Shown one piece after another: positions 26,501 through 41,500 of a stretch of DNA of 64,000 nt. The first letter of the stretch is position 1. The number at the start of each line of letters is the position of its first letter. The notes under the pieces were generated by a model. It did not search any database and was not told the origin of the DNA. It worked only from the letters and a program-made list of their open reading frames with translations. The position numbers and the translations under genes were made by a program. Source of the stretch: Magallana gigas (taxonomy: Eukaryota); the NCBI RefSeq assembly GCF_963853765.1, contig NC_088854.1, positions 24,800,001-24,864,000 on the forward strand. Reading direction: 5' to 3'.

Positions 26501-29500
26501 TTATTTCTACAGCACATAACTTTAAAGAACCTATTGAAATGTCTAATACATGTAGTTGAAATGACTTTTGTGTAAAAAGAAACAAATAATAATGATGAAT
26601 TCACCATTATTGGATTTTTCCCTTTTCTTATCAGGCAATGTAGCAGAGTTTTGCAAATCCAATCCCGGGGCTGTAAAAGAGGTTGACAATAACTGTGGAC
26701 AGTATTACAACTGCTCGGCGCTCTCGATGTTTGGTACTTACGTTCATGAGTGTCCATACCCAGAGCTATTTGACTCGAACATGCTTACATGCAGACAATT
26801 TACAGAAGTGAACTGCGACAACAGGACAGAACCCCAGGCTCCGTGTAAATATTTTATTTTAAAATTTTCAATACTGAAACAAAAAACCTTGATATTTTAT
26901 TAAACGTCTCTTTAATTAAAGAAGGCCACCAAACTGTTAATATATTGAATATTCTGATAATTTTTAATAACTAACGAAATTCGTGTTATCATCCAAAAAA
27001 ATTAGGGGGGGGGGGGGCAAACGTGTCTTTCATAATAGTAATTTTTTTTTATACAAAGTCAACTGAGTTGTGAATTTTTACATTGAATAATTATTTTTTA
27101 TTTCATTTTGATAATTTTGTTTTCTATATAATTTAACGATTTTTAAGGTGAATATGAAGTCAATATTTGTGACCCGAAAAATTCCTCCTGCTCACCATGC
27201 CCTGTCCGATTGCCCTCTTGTAGAGGGTTACCAGATGGAACGAACTCTGTGGCAAACAAAGAATGGACAACGGCATTTATTGTTTGTGTTCAAAATAGAA
27301 CACTAGACATCAATAAATGCAAGACTGGATACTTCAATCCGAGAATAAGAAAGTGCATGGAAAACGTTGAAAAAGGTCTATATATTTGTACTGTAATACA
27401 ATTATTCTCTTATCATGTGCATATGTACTCACACAACCACTTTTTAAATGGATGTATCTTTCTTAGCAGTTTTAAAGTTTGATATAATTGTTTAAATACA
27501 TGTATCAGATAACTAGTTTAAAAACTTTATGATCTTTTATCATTTAGATATAAGTTTGGTAAAAAAAATTCTTAATGGCTATATTTCACAAATTCCTTAA
27601 TGAATCCTTTTATGTTTTAGGCTAACTTGTTACTGTGTATTTTTATTTAGTGGATGTACCAGATTACTGTGCTGTGCATCCTGCAGACATTTTGCCAGCC
27701 CCGGATAACTGTGCTCACTATTACAACTGCAGTGCTTTAAATACTGCCCTTCCACCACGAATGATAAGTAGAAAGCTGATGTCAGGTGTACTAGATGCTC
27801 ATGAAATGGAATGCACTTACCCTGACTTGTTTGATGTCTCATCCAGAAGTTGTAGAACCTTTACCACTGTGACATGCAATTCAAGACCAGAACCCCAAGC
27901 ACCATGTAAAAACTTCTTTATATCCAATGTGGATACTTTTAAAATGCTTAACCTTTGTTTCTTGAAATTTGTTAAATTCCAATAGCAGTATCTCTAACTA
28001 ATCTTGATATTTTTAATTAAGGTGAATATCTACAAAACATCTGTCGACCATCAGACCTGAACTGCAAACCATGTTCTGAAAGACTACCATCTTGTGTGGG
28101 GAAGGAAGATGGTTCCAATGTGTTCCCATCACGAGTTTGGAAGCCAGACTACGTAATATGTTACCATAATAGAACAATTTCTTTTGAGAAATGTTCGCAA
28201 GGTTATTTCCACCCTGTCGCAAAACTCTGTACAGAAGTAGTTGATCCAGGTATTTCAAACGATTGTAAAAAGAATACAAATGTATAACATAAAAAACAAG
28301 ATACTTTATCAATTTATTAATAATAATACATTATTTTATCATTATTCCAACAGTTGATGTTCCTGATTATTGTGTAGCCAATCCGAAAGACGTCCTTCCA
28401 GATCCTGACAATTGTGCCCATTTTTTCGACTGCAATAACAAAACAACTATGGTACACAGGGCTGCCCATGTTGTATCGATACAGTCATATACAAAAGAGT
28501 GCCAATATCCAGATCTCTTTGATTCCAACAATCGGCAATGTAGGCTTTTTACAGCTGTTAAATGTGAAACTAGACCGGAACCTATGACACCGTGTAAGTA
28601 CATACCACTTATATTGATTATATCTTGACATTAGAGATTAGATAAGAACATAAATACAAGTTTGTTTATAACCCATAAATATCTTCTAAAGCATTGTATA
28701 TATAATAATATATTATGCCACGTGTTGGATTATTTAATTAAAGCATGTTTTAGGGTAGCAATTAAAATAAGAAATTCACTTTGTTTCTAAAAATTACCAT
28801 AAATAAAAATATGAAATAAATTGAAGATTGATTTAAACAATTACTTAATTATCTTGGTTACATACAATTTTCATTTTAGGTGAATACCAACAGAATCTCT
28901 GTAAAACTTCAAATTCTTCTTGTGAGAAATGTCCCGCAAGATTGCCTTCATGCAAAGGGATGACTGATGGTCCACATTCTTTCCCGAACAAATTATGGCT
29001 GCAAGACTACATTTTCTGTCACAAGAACAGAACCATACAAACCACGAAATGTCCAACCACACAATATTTCAATCCAAGACTCAACATTTGCACGGATGTT
29101 GTGGAGCCTGGTAAGAGATATCAAACCCTCACTCATGACGTTCAAGGTTATTTATCTATCTATCTAAGATGTTAGCCTTTCAAAAATGTTAATTCTATGA
29201 TTGACAGTTGACGTTCCTCAATACTGCCCTGTACACAGAAACAAAGTTATCCAAGATCCTGACAACTGTGCCAAGTTTTACAATTGTTCCGACGTATCAC
29301 ATTCCGAATGCACCTATCCAGACCTCTTTTCGTTGGTGACATTTAGATGCGAACGGTTTTTGTCTACCTCTTGTGACCAGAGGCCGGAGCCCCAAGCTCC
29401 ATGTAACGCCATGATTTTCTTTTCTCTTCTGTTGCAACGTTGAAGTTTTATCAACACACTGAAAGATCATCAATTACAAGATATTTGTATTTTTATTGCG

Positions 29501-32500
29501 ATCACGTGTGAAAAAATCGAAAGACAAATCAAATATAGTTTACTTTTCTGTAAAATATAAATAAAATTATAAATACCAATTCAAAATATTTTAACCGTAA
29601 ACATATATGTTATTTTTGTTAAAGATTTCATATATTTTAGGTGAATATGATCAAAATCTGTGTCCACGTACCAGCTTAAACTGCATTGTCTGCCCAAAGA
29701 GGTTGCCAAGTTGCAGAGGTCTTTCCGATGGCATTCAACCTGTTCCTAGTGAGATGTGGGGAGATAGATATCTGACATGTCTGCAAAACAGGACACTAGC
29801 TGTTACCAACTGTCCCAGGTCCTCCGTCTTTGACCCAGTCCTTCTCCAATGCAGAGAAAATGTTCCTTTCAGTAAGTTATATCTTGTATACCAAAAGACA
29901 AGAAGGAACTGTCTTGTAGAATTGTGTAAGCTTGTTATCTATAGATGTTTGAAATTGAGACATGTCAGATTATTCCTTTGATGATGTATGATGTAAATAT
30001 TACAATGAGATAAATTTTGTTAACAAATAGTCAAATGCATACTTCTGTTGTAGATAACATAGATCAGTTCTGCAAGTCAAAACCAGGCACTGTCAGGCCT
30101 CATCCAACAAACTGCGCTCAGTATTACAACTGCTCACAAACATCAGTTCAAGGAGATCACCTGTTCGAATGCCCATATCCAGATCTGTTTGATTCATCAA
30201 CACTGCTGTGTCGAAACTTTACAACCGTTCCCTGTGGCAAGCGACAGGAACCAATGGCACCATGTAAGAAAAAGTCCATTGATTTTTAATTTTGCAGTAA
30301 ATTGTCATTTCGTTAATTAACGTATAATGTTAAGAATTGTGTTACCTCTATCATTCATATTGAGAAAGGAAGGGTATTTTTTGATTGATTTTTTTTAATA
30401 CTTTGTAGGTGATTATAGACAAAATCGTTGTTTGATGTCTGACAAATCTTGTGTTCCGTGTCCTAGTCGTCTCCCCTCTTGTGTACGATTACCTGATGGC
30501 AAAAATCCTGTCGTTGGTTCTATATGGCTGTCAAAATATGTAATCTGCTACCAAAATCGGACTATGGGAACGGGTGAATGTCCAAAGGGAGAATATTTCC
30601 ATCCTAGGCGTCGAGTTTGTCTGCAAGCAGTAGATCCAGGTGAAATAATGAAATAAACATTTTAATAATATTACCTACTATGCGCAATTGTTTTATATTT
30701 GTAGTTTTTCTTTATTTGCATGTTTTACCGGTCGTCATTAAAAAAAAGTCTGACGCAAATTGATTCCAATTCCATTTCCAAACTGTTTACAAGTGGTGTT
30801 TTTTCTTAATTTTGTAGTTGATGTACCGGATTATTGTAAGGCTCATCCTGATTATGTTTTACCAGACCCTTTCAACTGTGGTCAGTACTTCAATTGTTCC
30901 ATTGAAGACACCATCATGCTAAGGTCTAGAACACCAAATTCGATAGGAGTCTTTAGAATGGAATGTACCTACCCGGCTTTATTCGAAAGCAGTTCCAGGC
31001 AATGTAAACACTTTGAGAATGTGCAATGCGAAAACCGACCAGAGCCTCAAGCTCCTTGTAAGTACATTATTTGTCTTGTAAGTCTTAATTTTTTCAATTA
31101 TTTTAAGAATAATAATTCTAGTTTGTATTCCAAAGAAAATTGAACAAATAAAATATGAAGAACACAGTCATCCTTTAGTATTTTTATCAAACATATATAA
31201 TATAAAGAACACAGTCATCCTTTTGTATGTTTTGGCATTTTTTACTTAGTATGTATGATACCTGTTACACGAAGATGAATTTATTGCAATGGTTTCATAT
31301 CCTTCTGATTTAAGCAGTAGCATAGTCATCGTCATGAATTTAAAATGTGTGAATATATCAAAATCAATTTCTTATAAATGTAAATTGGAATGTAAATAAA
31401 CAAAATTCTATTTGTTTTGATTAAAAAAAAAATTTCATAAACATTAAAGTGATCACGTTGTTTATTGTTGGATTGCTGATGTTTGTGTTAAATAATTAAA
31501 TTAAATGAAATGCTATTTCAGCTAATCTTCAATTCAAATTTGGTTAAGTTTTACATTTAATAAATTGTTTTACAGGTCAATATGAACAAAACCTTTGTAA
31601 GTCATCTGACAATAATTGTCAACTGTGTCCCAATCGCTTACCGCCATGTATAGGCATCGATGATGGAGAGCACGAGTTTCCCAATAGGTTATGGCAGAGA
31701 GATTTCATTATTTGCTATAAAAATAGAACCATAAGCATCACTGAATGTGAAGATGGTTTTTACTTTAATCCACGAACAAAGAGATGCCAGAAAGCTGTGG
31801 AAATGAGTAAGTATTTCACTCTGTTGGGGCATCATTTTTGTGCATAGCCGCTTACAAAAAAACGGAAAAGAAAACGTTTATGCTCCTACATTATCAAATT
31901 TCAAAGCAATATGTTGAGGAAGATTTATAATTTGAGTTATAATTCGATGCGTATGTTATATAACTAAGAAATAACATTTTAGTCATTTGGCAACACTACC
32001 GACTGATTTTAAATCAATGATGAACGAACTGAACAATGTAATTTAAGTGCTTGCGTTGTTGTATAATATTACAAGTATATTTTTTATGAAAAATAAAACA
32101 ACCAATGCCCTAAGTCTAACAATAATTGTTTGACTCACAGTTGACGTTCCAAGCTACTGTATGGTGCACAAAACAGCAATATTGCCAGATCTTAAGACAT
32201 GCGCCAAATATTTCAACTGTTCTGATTATGGAGGCGCCCATGTTGAATGCCGATACCCGGATTTGTACTCCACTAAGGAAAAGAAATGTGTCAACTTTAC
32301 CTCTGTGAAATGTGACTCTCGACCGGAACCCCAGGCTCCCTGTAAGAATCTTGTTATTCTCAATATGCATTATCTAAAGAAATCGTTTATTCTTGCGCGC
32401 AAAACGTTGAAATATCATCGTGGTACTTCTAAATGCATGTAATTCTCTATAATAACACATTACTAGCGTTTCATTGTGTACAACGGATGCTTGTTTTAGT

Positions 32501-35500
32501 CATAATCTATTTATCATACAAATCTTTTAATCATCCATACCTGATGTTTATTTTGTAAATGCGTTCCCTTTTATAACAAAATAAACCATTTAAATATTCT
32601 TTACTGTCCGAAAGATTTCTTATCCGAAATGATAATTGCTCGGAATTCATATATTATGCAATCTGTTATTTGTATTATTCAGGTGATTATACTCAAAATT
32701 TGTGCCGTAAAGGAGACGGAACCTGTCCACCGTGTCCCGAGAGACTTCCAAGCTGTGTAGGCGTTCCAGACGGAGACCAACCATTTACTGGAAGATTATG
32801 GAAACCACAATTTATAACGTGCTTCCTTAATAGAACGATTTTGTTGCAACAGTGTACAAATGGATACTTTCATCCAATCAAAAAACAATGCCTAATTGAT
32901 GTTTCAAAAGGTAATGTGTACTTCAACTTTAAGTGAATTTTGATATTTAGAATGAATATTGCGAAATCGGCGGTTTAATAAAAAGAAAAATATTCAATTA
33001 AATACTCTGATATATCATATTTTTGAAATTAACTCATACAATTTGACAGTTGATGTTCCATCTTACTGCCAAGCAAATCCAGACAGTGTTATAGAGGACA
33101 TAAGCAGCTGTAATCGCTTTTACAACTGTAGTCAGTTGTCACCTGGGAGACATGTCGTGTCTTTGGAGTGTTCCTACCCCGATCTATTTTCTGCCGTTTC
33201 TAGATCATGTCAGGCTTTCACATCAGTCAAATGTCACATCAGACCAGAACCCATGGCCCCTTGTAAGCTACTAGATATATAGTTATATGTAAAAATTTGA
33301 CATAATTTTTGTTTATCTTCTGCTGTGGTTTTAAAAAATGATAAAGATAAATGGAAATCCTCTTTATATTACAATGTCTTGCAGTTTCTTTTTTCCTTTT
33401 TTTTTAAAAAGGTCAGTATGAACAGAATTTATGTCAACCAAAAGACACAAGTTGTGTTCCCTGTCCGGAGCGTTTGCCCAGCTGTGTTGGGTTATCTGAT
33501 GGTCCACATTATTTCCCTGGTAGACAGTGGTCAGCAGAGTATATTATTTGCTTTAAAAACAGAACCATAGATGAATCTACCTGCAAAGGAAATCATCAGT
33601 ATTTTCACCCTGTTCAAAAGAAATGCTTAACCGATGTAGGAAAAGGTATATGTTCAAAAGTCAATAAAAATAATTTATTTTTCTTAAAGCATTATGAGCT
33701 GAAATTTTGATGCTGAATTTTTTTTTTTACGAAAAATATTATTTTCTACTAAAATGACAAAAATATCATGGTTTTTAAAGTTCTTTTAGCCATATTTTTA
33801 TTGGAAAAGCCGTAAAGAAGCCTTAAATGACACAACACTGAATTACTGTCGTCCTGTACAAAAATTGATGTGCTATATATTCCTTAGAAGAGAAATCTTT
33901 CTTCTGACGAAAATTAATGATTTTTTTTCAAATCTTATTTATCATAAGAATTTAATTTACATGCAGATTTATCATACAAGCAGGGTTTTGCATAATATAT
34001 GAATTGAACAAAAATGTTTAATATATTTATTTCATCTGTTAAGGAGACGTAGACAAATTTTGCCAGGCTAATCCATTAGCTCTGGTACAGGATTTGGAAA
34101 ATTGTGCACATTACATCAACTGTTCCCACAAGAACTCAAAAATCGACGATTTCATTCATGAATGTGTATACCCAGATTTGTTTTCTGATGTGACATTAAA
34201 ATGTGAAAATTTCCAAGCTGTTGTGTGTAAACTCAGACCTGAACCGATGGCTCCCTGTAAGTGATAGTTTAATCAACATTTTTCCCAATAAAATAATGAT
34301 CATGTTATGTTGATATGCATGATTTGCTGAGTTCATCATTTGATGATGCTACGTGTTTTAATAGGTGAATATAAGCAAAATGTGTGCAAATCCGATGACA
34401 CGTCCTGCTCGCCGTGCCCTGAAAGACTACCGAGTTGTGTGGGACTTGGAGATGGACCACAGCCATTCACTGGACAGGAGTGGACCAGCTCTTATGTTGT
34501 GTGTCTTCAGAATAGAACCATTGATGTTCGCCAATGCCCACAGAATGCCATCTTTAATCCTGAAACGCATCAATGTATCAATAAAATTGACCAAAGTAAG
34601 GGTACCAATTGCTTTATCCTTGACAAAAATTAAAAATAGATTGATAATTAATTGTAAAGATTTAATTATATTTGTGAAATCGATCTCAATCCAAATTTAC
34701 TTTTTAACTTTAGGTAACATCAATGCCTATTGCAAAGCCAATCCAAAAGCAATAAAGCCACACCCTACCAACTGTGCTCAGTTTGTAAACTGCTCTGCCG
34801 CTCACTCGAGATACGGTCAATACATCCAGGAATGTGTTTACCCAGACTTGTTTTCTGCAGCTTCACTCAGCTGTCAGAAGTTTGAATCGGTACAATGTAT
34901 TCCTAAAAATGAACCTCAAGCTCCATGTAAGTGAAAAATCCGCAACCGTTTATAACATTGCATTTCTTTAGCAAAAAATGTCCTGGAAAAGCTATATGCA
35001 GAGACTTCATATAATCTTAAAGACAACGTTTCATATTTGTCAAACAACGTATGGCTTAATTAACAGGTGAATACCAACAGAATTTGTGTCTAAGGGGAGA
35101 ATCTGGTTGTCAACCTTGTCCGACTCGTTTGCCTAGCTGCATTGGTTTACCAGACGGACCTAATCCACACATATCGCAGTTGTGGGGCTCTCAATTTGTT
35201 ACGTGTTACAAGAATCGTACATTGCATGTCGGTCAATGCAAAAATGGTGAATACTTTCACCCTAGAGAAAGAGTATGCAAAATGGTTGTCAATAAAGGTA
35301 CATATATTTATTTATAACATTTATTTTTGAAACCTTCAATTTATATTACTTCAAGATATATGATTTGTTACAAGTATTAGGGTAAATGTTCTTCAAAATT
35401 TTTTTTCTACTTCCACTTATTCCTTGCTTGTATTAGGGTAAATGTTCTTCAAACTTTTTTCTCTACTTCCACTAATCCCTTGTTTTTGTTTACCATTTAT

Positions 35501-38500
35501 TTACGTCTTTCTGTTAGTTTCGTTTTGTTCTGATCATTGCTTAAAAGGCATTGCTAAGAAATAATAGGAAAATATCAAGTATAAGGGATATTGATATTGT
35601 ACGAATAACTATACATGTATATGAAATAAGAATCAATAAAAATTTAAAGTACAATTTGAATGTTTCCATCCTCTTATTTTTATTTTTACTAGTTGATGCC
35701 CCTGATTACTGTTCCGTCCACCCTCAAGCAGTGTTGCCCGATTTAGAAGATTGTGCTAAATTTTTCAACTGTTCAGAACCAGGAATATATAAGGAGTGTA
35801 AATACCCTAAACTTTTTTCACTTCAAAGCCTCTCATGTCAGAACTTCACCGAAGTAAATTGTGGAAGAAGAAAAGAGCCGCAGGCACCTTGTGAGTCATA
35901 ACATCTTATTAAAAACTTTGGGAATTTTTGTACAATTACCTATCACTTTCTGTGTATAATCAAAGTTTTTCAATGTAATTCTGATTATGTATTTTAAACA
36001 ATTTAAAAAATTACAGGCATTGGTGTGCCCTCTTATTCCGCACTCTTGAATATAGATAACAATCAGCGCATCAAGTTCATTTTTTTCGAGCCATTTCTTA
36101 AAATCAATTTATCAAGCCTTTCACAGCAAAACATTTTGTCAAAGAAATACACTTACAATATCTAAATCAAAGACTATCTAAGATAAACGATATTGTAATA
36201 ATAGTTATCAAGAGAACAAATGGCATTGTATTTATATGATTTTTGAGGACATATATAGAGGTTTTTTTTATTAAAATATGAAATATCGTTCAGAATTCAA
36301 ATTTTATGAATTGTGTATTTTTTATAGGTGAATACGATCAGAATCTATGTCCAATGTCCTCATCTAATTGTGAGCTTTGTCCACTGAGGCTACCATCGTG
36401 TGTTGGTAAATCGGATGGAAATCACAGCTTCATTGGGCATCTTTGGGAACCCCTGTTCATCACATGCTATAAGAATAGAACAATCATGATTTCGAAATGT
36501 TTACATGGGTATTTTCATCCTGTGAACAATGTTTGTCAGTCAAAAATAGGTCATGGTATGTATAAATATTGGAATTTCGATATCAAAGTTCTTAATAGAA
36601 AACATCGTTTTCACAGCTAATTGAGTGATTATCGAAGAAAAAGATAATACCGATGCATTAATTTGGCTACATTTTACAGATGTTGCTCCAGATTATTGTA
36701 AAACTCATCCTGGTGATGTGGTGGCCAAAGAAGAAAATTGTGCCCAGTACTACACTTGTTCACATCCACATAAACGCTTGTCTAGCAATCAAGTGCAAGA
36801 ATGTGAATACCCAAAATTATTTTCTAGGACAACTTTAAAATGCGAAACATTTACCTCAGTTGCATGTGATAACCGACCTGAACCACAGGCTCCATGTGAG
36901 TTTACGTAAAATATTGATGGATATTTGAATTGTAATGAATTTTGTTTTAAAACATAAACTTATCGTAAAAAAAAATATATTTTAAGGTGAATACGATCAA
37001 AATAAGTGCGATCCAAATGACCCTTCTTGCCGGCCATGTCCGGATCGATTACCCAGCTGTGTCGGACTTCCAAATGGATACCAGCCGATGTTAAATTACA
37101 GATGGACAGATAAATTCATGGAGTGCCAGATGAACCGAACAATTCAGATAACTAGTTGTTCTTTGGGATGGGTCTTTAACCCTTTTACTGGGGCCTGTGT
37201 GAAATATATTGAACAAAGTAAGCGTAAGTTAATACAAATTAAAGAGAAAATAAATGTGTTTTTTGTTCTTGTTAAAGAGTGTTTTGACATTGTTTTAGAT
37301 AATATACGCTGTTATATGATGATAATGTGTAACTACATGTGAATGTTTTAAGTACTAATTTCAAAAATTTTATAAAATTTCAGATTATGTTCTAGATTAT
37401 TGTCACTACCAGCCGACAGATATAGTAGCTGACCCATTGAACTGTGCTTTGTATGTTAACTGCTCCACTGGCACAACAAGGTTTGGTGAACACAAACTGG
37501 AGTGTCCCTATCCTAAACTCTATGACATATCTTCAAGAACTTGTAAAAACTTTGATGAAGTAGAATGTAATGGTAGAAAGATCCCGATGACACCCTGTGA
37601 ATATCAGCAAAACGTTTGTCTTAAGGGAGATGTTTCTTGTAAACCATGTCCCGAAAGATTGCCTAGTTGTGCTGGTTTGCCTAATGGTGTTCATGCCGAT
37701 CCTAGAGCACCTTGGTCAAATAGTTATATCAGATGCTTCAATAATAGAACACTTGTGGTGGAACAGTGTACCAGTGGTTACTTTAATACCAGAACCAGAC
37801 AGTGTGAAGTCTATGTAAATTCAGGTCAGACTTTTTACATATATTTGATTTCCTATATTGTGCTTACTTATTGTTTTCTTTAATATAGATATATGGTTTT
37901 AATAGCTGTAAGAATAGGATTTGCAGTTTACATTGACAAATATTTGACTATACAATGGAAGATCAGCCCATAGGTTAAAACTTCTCAATATTTTTGCCAA
38001 TAAAACAATCCAAAACGTATAACATGCAAGTGTTTATTTTACTTCAGGATATAGATGATTTGCAAATGATGAAATATTAGGTAATCATATTATCTTATGA
38101 TTGAAACATTGTCATTTGAACTTTATATGTTTTCTCTTGAAGTTGATGTCATTGAATATTGTAAATACCATTCGGACGCCATTTTGCCTAGCCCTGACAA
38201 CTGTGCTAAATATTACAACTGTAAAGGAAATGACAACCCTGTTGAGGAATGCCCTTATCCTTCTTTGTTTTCACAGACTACCAACAAATGTGAACAATTT
38301 TCTATGGTATTCTGTGGTTCACGTCCAGAGCAAGTAGCCCCTTGTAAGTCAACATAAGTTGTCTTTTTGATAATTTCATCGAGGTAAATACAATGCATAT
38401 ACGTGACAAAGGCTTTCATTCCAATACACACACACAGGGAAAACCATTTTCTTCTGTCAGCAATTTGATAAAAGAGAAACATAACAAGTTAGGAAACATT

Positions 38501-41500
38501 ATAGATCATAAATGTCGAGCAGTAATTATTTTGCTAAAAAGATCTTTTTTTATGATAAAAAGGCCCTTCTCATGCACTTTAAAATGACTGTGTTTCTATA
38601 AATGTTAACGTTTGTGTGCAGGCCAGTACGACCAGAACAAGTGTTCTTCCAATGATCCTAGCTGTGTTCCTTGTAAGGAGAGGCTACCGAGTTGTGAGGG
38701 CCTACCAGACGGCTACAACATCTTCCCAACTAGGGAATACACACGATGGTACATCAAATGCTCACAAAACAGAACAATTGAGGTTACTCAGTGCCCTCCA
38801 AACACAATATTTGATGTGAAGAAGAATATTTGTACTTCATCTGTCATAGGAAGTATGTCATTTCTCACTAAATGGATATTCTTAGTGAAAGTATTTGATA
38901 GCGAATTATCTATTATTTTTGAGTACCTTTATAGCTCACCCGAACCGAATGTTCAAGTGAGTTCTTCTGATCATTTGTTGGCCACACCAGGAGTTGAAAG
39001 TATACCATAAAAATGTTTAGTTTATTATACTTTGTTTCCTCAGGTAGTAAAGATTCTAGATTGTTAAAACCATGTCTCCCAAAACCTATTGCGACCCAAA
39101 GAGGAGTTCAAAGTTTAACAAAGAAATATTTTAGGAATATGGCTATAAATATATCTTTTCAAGAACTACACTGCTACAATTTGTGTTATAACTATGCAAG
39201 CATTCTGAATAGTGTAGATCCTAAATTGTTCAAACCATGACCCCCAGACCAATACTAAGGCCCCAAGAGCGGTTTAAAGTTCAACATTCAAATATTTAGG
39301 GAAAATATCTAAATATGTACTAAAGAACTACAATCCTAGCAAATGTTATATTACTATGCAAACATTCTAAGATAGTGTAGATTGTAACATGTAAAAAAAA
39401 AGATGATCCCCAGACTAATAATAGGGCCTCAGGAGGGTTCAACGCTCAGCATAGAAATATATTAGGAAAATGTTAACAAATCTTCTTTTAAAGAAATTCA
39501 ATGCTATGTTTAGTGATATCACTATACATGTATAAGCCTCCTTATATCTTCTTATTCTTATATTAAGGTTACAGTGAGCTTCATTTAATTTTAATAATTA
39601 TTTATATTTTCGAATTATGTATTATGAAATATTAGGAAGTCATATAATATTGTAATCGTTTAATTATCATTTACACTTTTTTCAAACAGTATGTATATTG
39701 GTGTATTAACAGAACAAATATTGCTTCACAAAATGTCTTTTGAGTTAATTCATTAACTGGGTTTTTTTTTTCCATTCCTTCCTTTCCTTCGAGTGAAATT
39801 GCATTATCCTGTAATTGTTTTCAGATGAGTGGGAACAGTTTTGCAAGGTTAACCCACAAAGTATACAGTCTCATCCAATAAATTGCGCTCAGTACTACAA
39901 CTGTACAGCTCTTACATCAGGAGAGGGAACGCTGCTACAAGAGTGTAAATATCCGGACCTTTTTTCGCCAAGGACACTCAGATGTGATGATTTTATGACG
40001 GTCACATGTGGAACAAGACATGAACCACAGACTCCCTGTAAGATACTTATTATGATTTAAATGCTAATGTTTGGAAACTCACTTTAAATCAGACACAATA
40101 CAAAGTTTTCTTGATGTTTGTTAAAACGTTAAGAATAATACCATTGTAAACTATTAATGAAGGTATAATACTCTGTCAACAGTGGTAGGTGTTCTATTTA
40201 ATTTCAATTCTTCTAGCTTCATTTTTTTCTAAATATAATTTTGGTATTTAGAATATTATTGTCAGTGGTTAAAAATAACAAGCTGATTTTAGGGGTTTTT
40301 TTCCTTGTGAAATCGTTTTACAGTTATCATTTTAAGTATGACAATTTAATAGAATCTAAATGGTCAACTGGTATCCATATTTCTTGGACTTAACAACCAA
40401 TCAACGAAATATGCTCAGTAGATAAGAAATTGATTTAATAATTTTGTAAGTCTCTCTTTTAATTAAATCAATGAAACTTCTATTTTCAGGCGAATACAAG
40501 CAAAACTTGTGTTTGCTCAGTGATCCAAATTGCCAACCTTGTCCAACTCGCTTCCCAAGCTGCCTAGGACTTAGTGATGGAAAGTTTCCCCATCCAAGTC
40601 ACTTGTGGGGTCGGGATTATATAATGTGCTTTCATAATAGAACTATTGAAGTTGTTGCCTGTGATAATGGATACTTCAATCCCAGAACTCGTCGATGCTC
40701 TAGCTATGTTGATCCAGGTTAGATTTTGCACACATCAACTATATTTTAACAAAACAAAGGTTTTCAATTTTTTCAATTTATTTTGCACAGTTTGGAAATT
40801 ATAACAGGATTACCAAATCATATGTTTGATAGTCTCACGATAAAGATGACTCTTTGTTATCATAATCGAAAAGCGAAATCAAAGTAACGAAAAAAACTTC
40901 GAACATATGAATGCAGAATTCAGTTTCCTTGAATACTTTATATTTCTTCGTTTTTAGTTGATGTGATATCTTATTGCCGTGCCTTCCCAACAGCTGTTGT
41001 TGCACATCCATGGAATTGTGCTCAGTTCTTTAACTGTTCGCATCGCCAGTCTAGACTTGGCGGGTACTTAGATGAATGTCCATATCCAATGCTTTACTCA
41101 ACGGAGAAACAAATATGTTCGAACTTTACGGCAGTAAATTGTAAATCAAGACCTGAACCAAAAGGACCATGTAAGATAAAAATTAATATGGATCCATTCT
41201 CGTACATTTGCAACGCTTTTGATATTTAGTGTGTATTGTATTTTTTTCTCGAACAGGTGAATACAGACAAAATTTGTGCAGCAACAAGGATAAGAACTGT
41301 GTTCCATGCCCAACACGGCTTCCGAGTTGTGTGGGGCTACCTGATGGTTTGAATTCTGTGACTGGCGCTCAATGGACAGATAAATACATCTTGTGTTACA
41401 GAAACAGAACCATTGAAGTCAACACATGTAAACAGGGTGTGTTCAATCCAATGAAAAGGCTATGTGATGATCACGTACGACCAGGTAAGATTTTTTCTTT

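Noticed and set aside
31157-35475. Short local direct duplications (e.g. AAGAACACAGTCATCCTTT x2 at ~31160-31225; GTATTAGGGTAAATGTTCTTCAAA x2 at ~35375-35455)
   Set aside because: Ordinary slippage-type intronic duplications with no sign of function.
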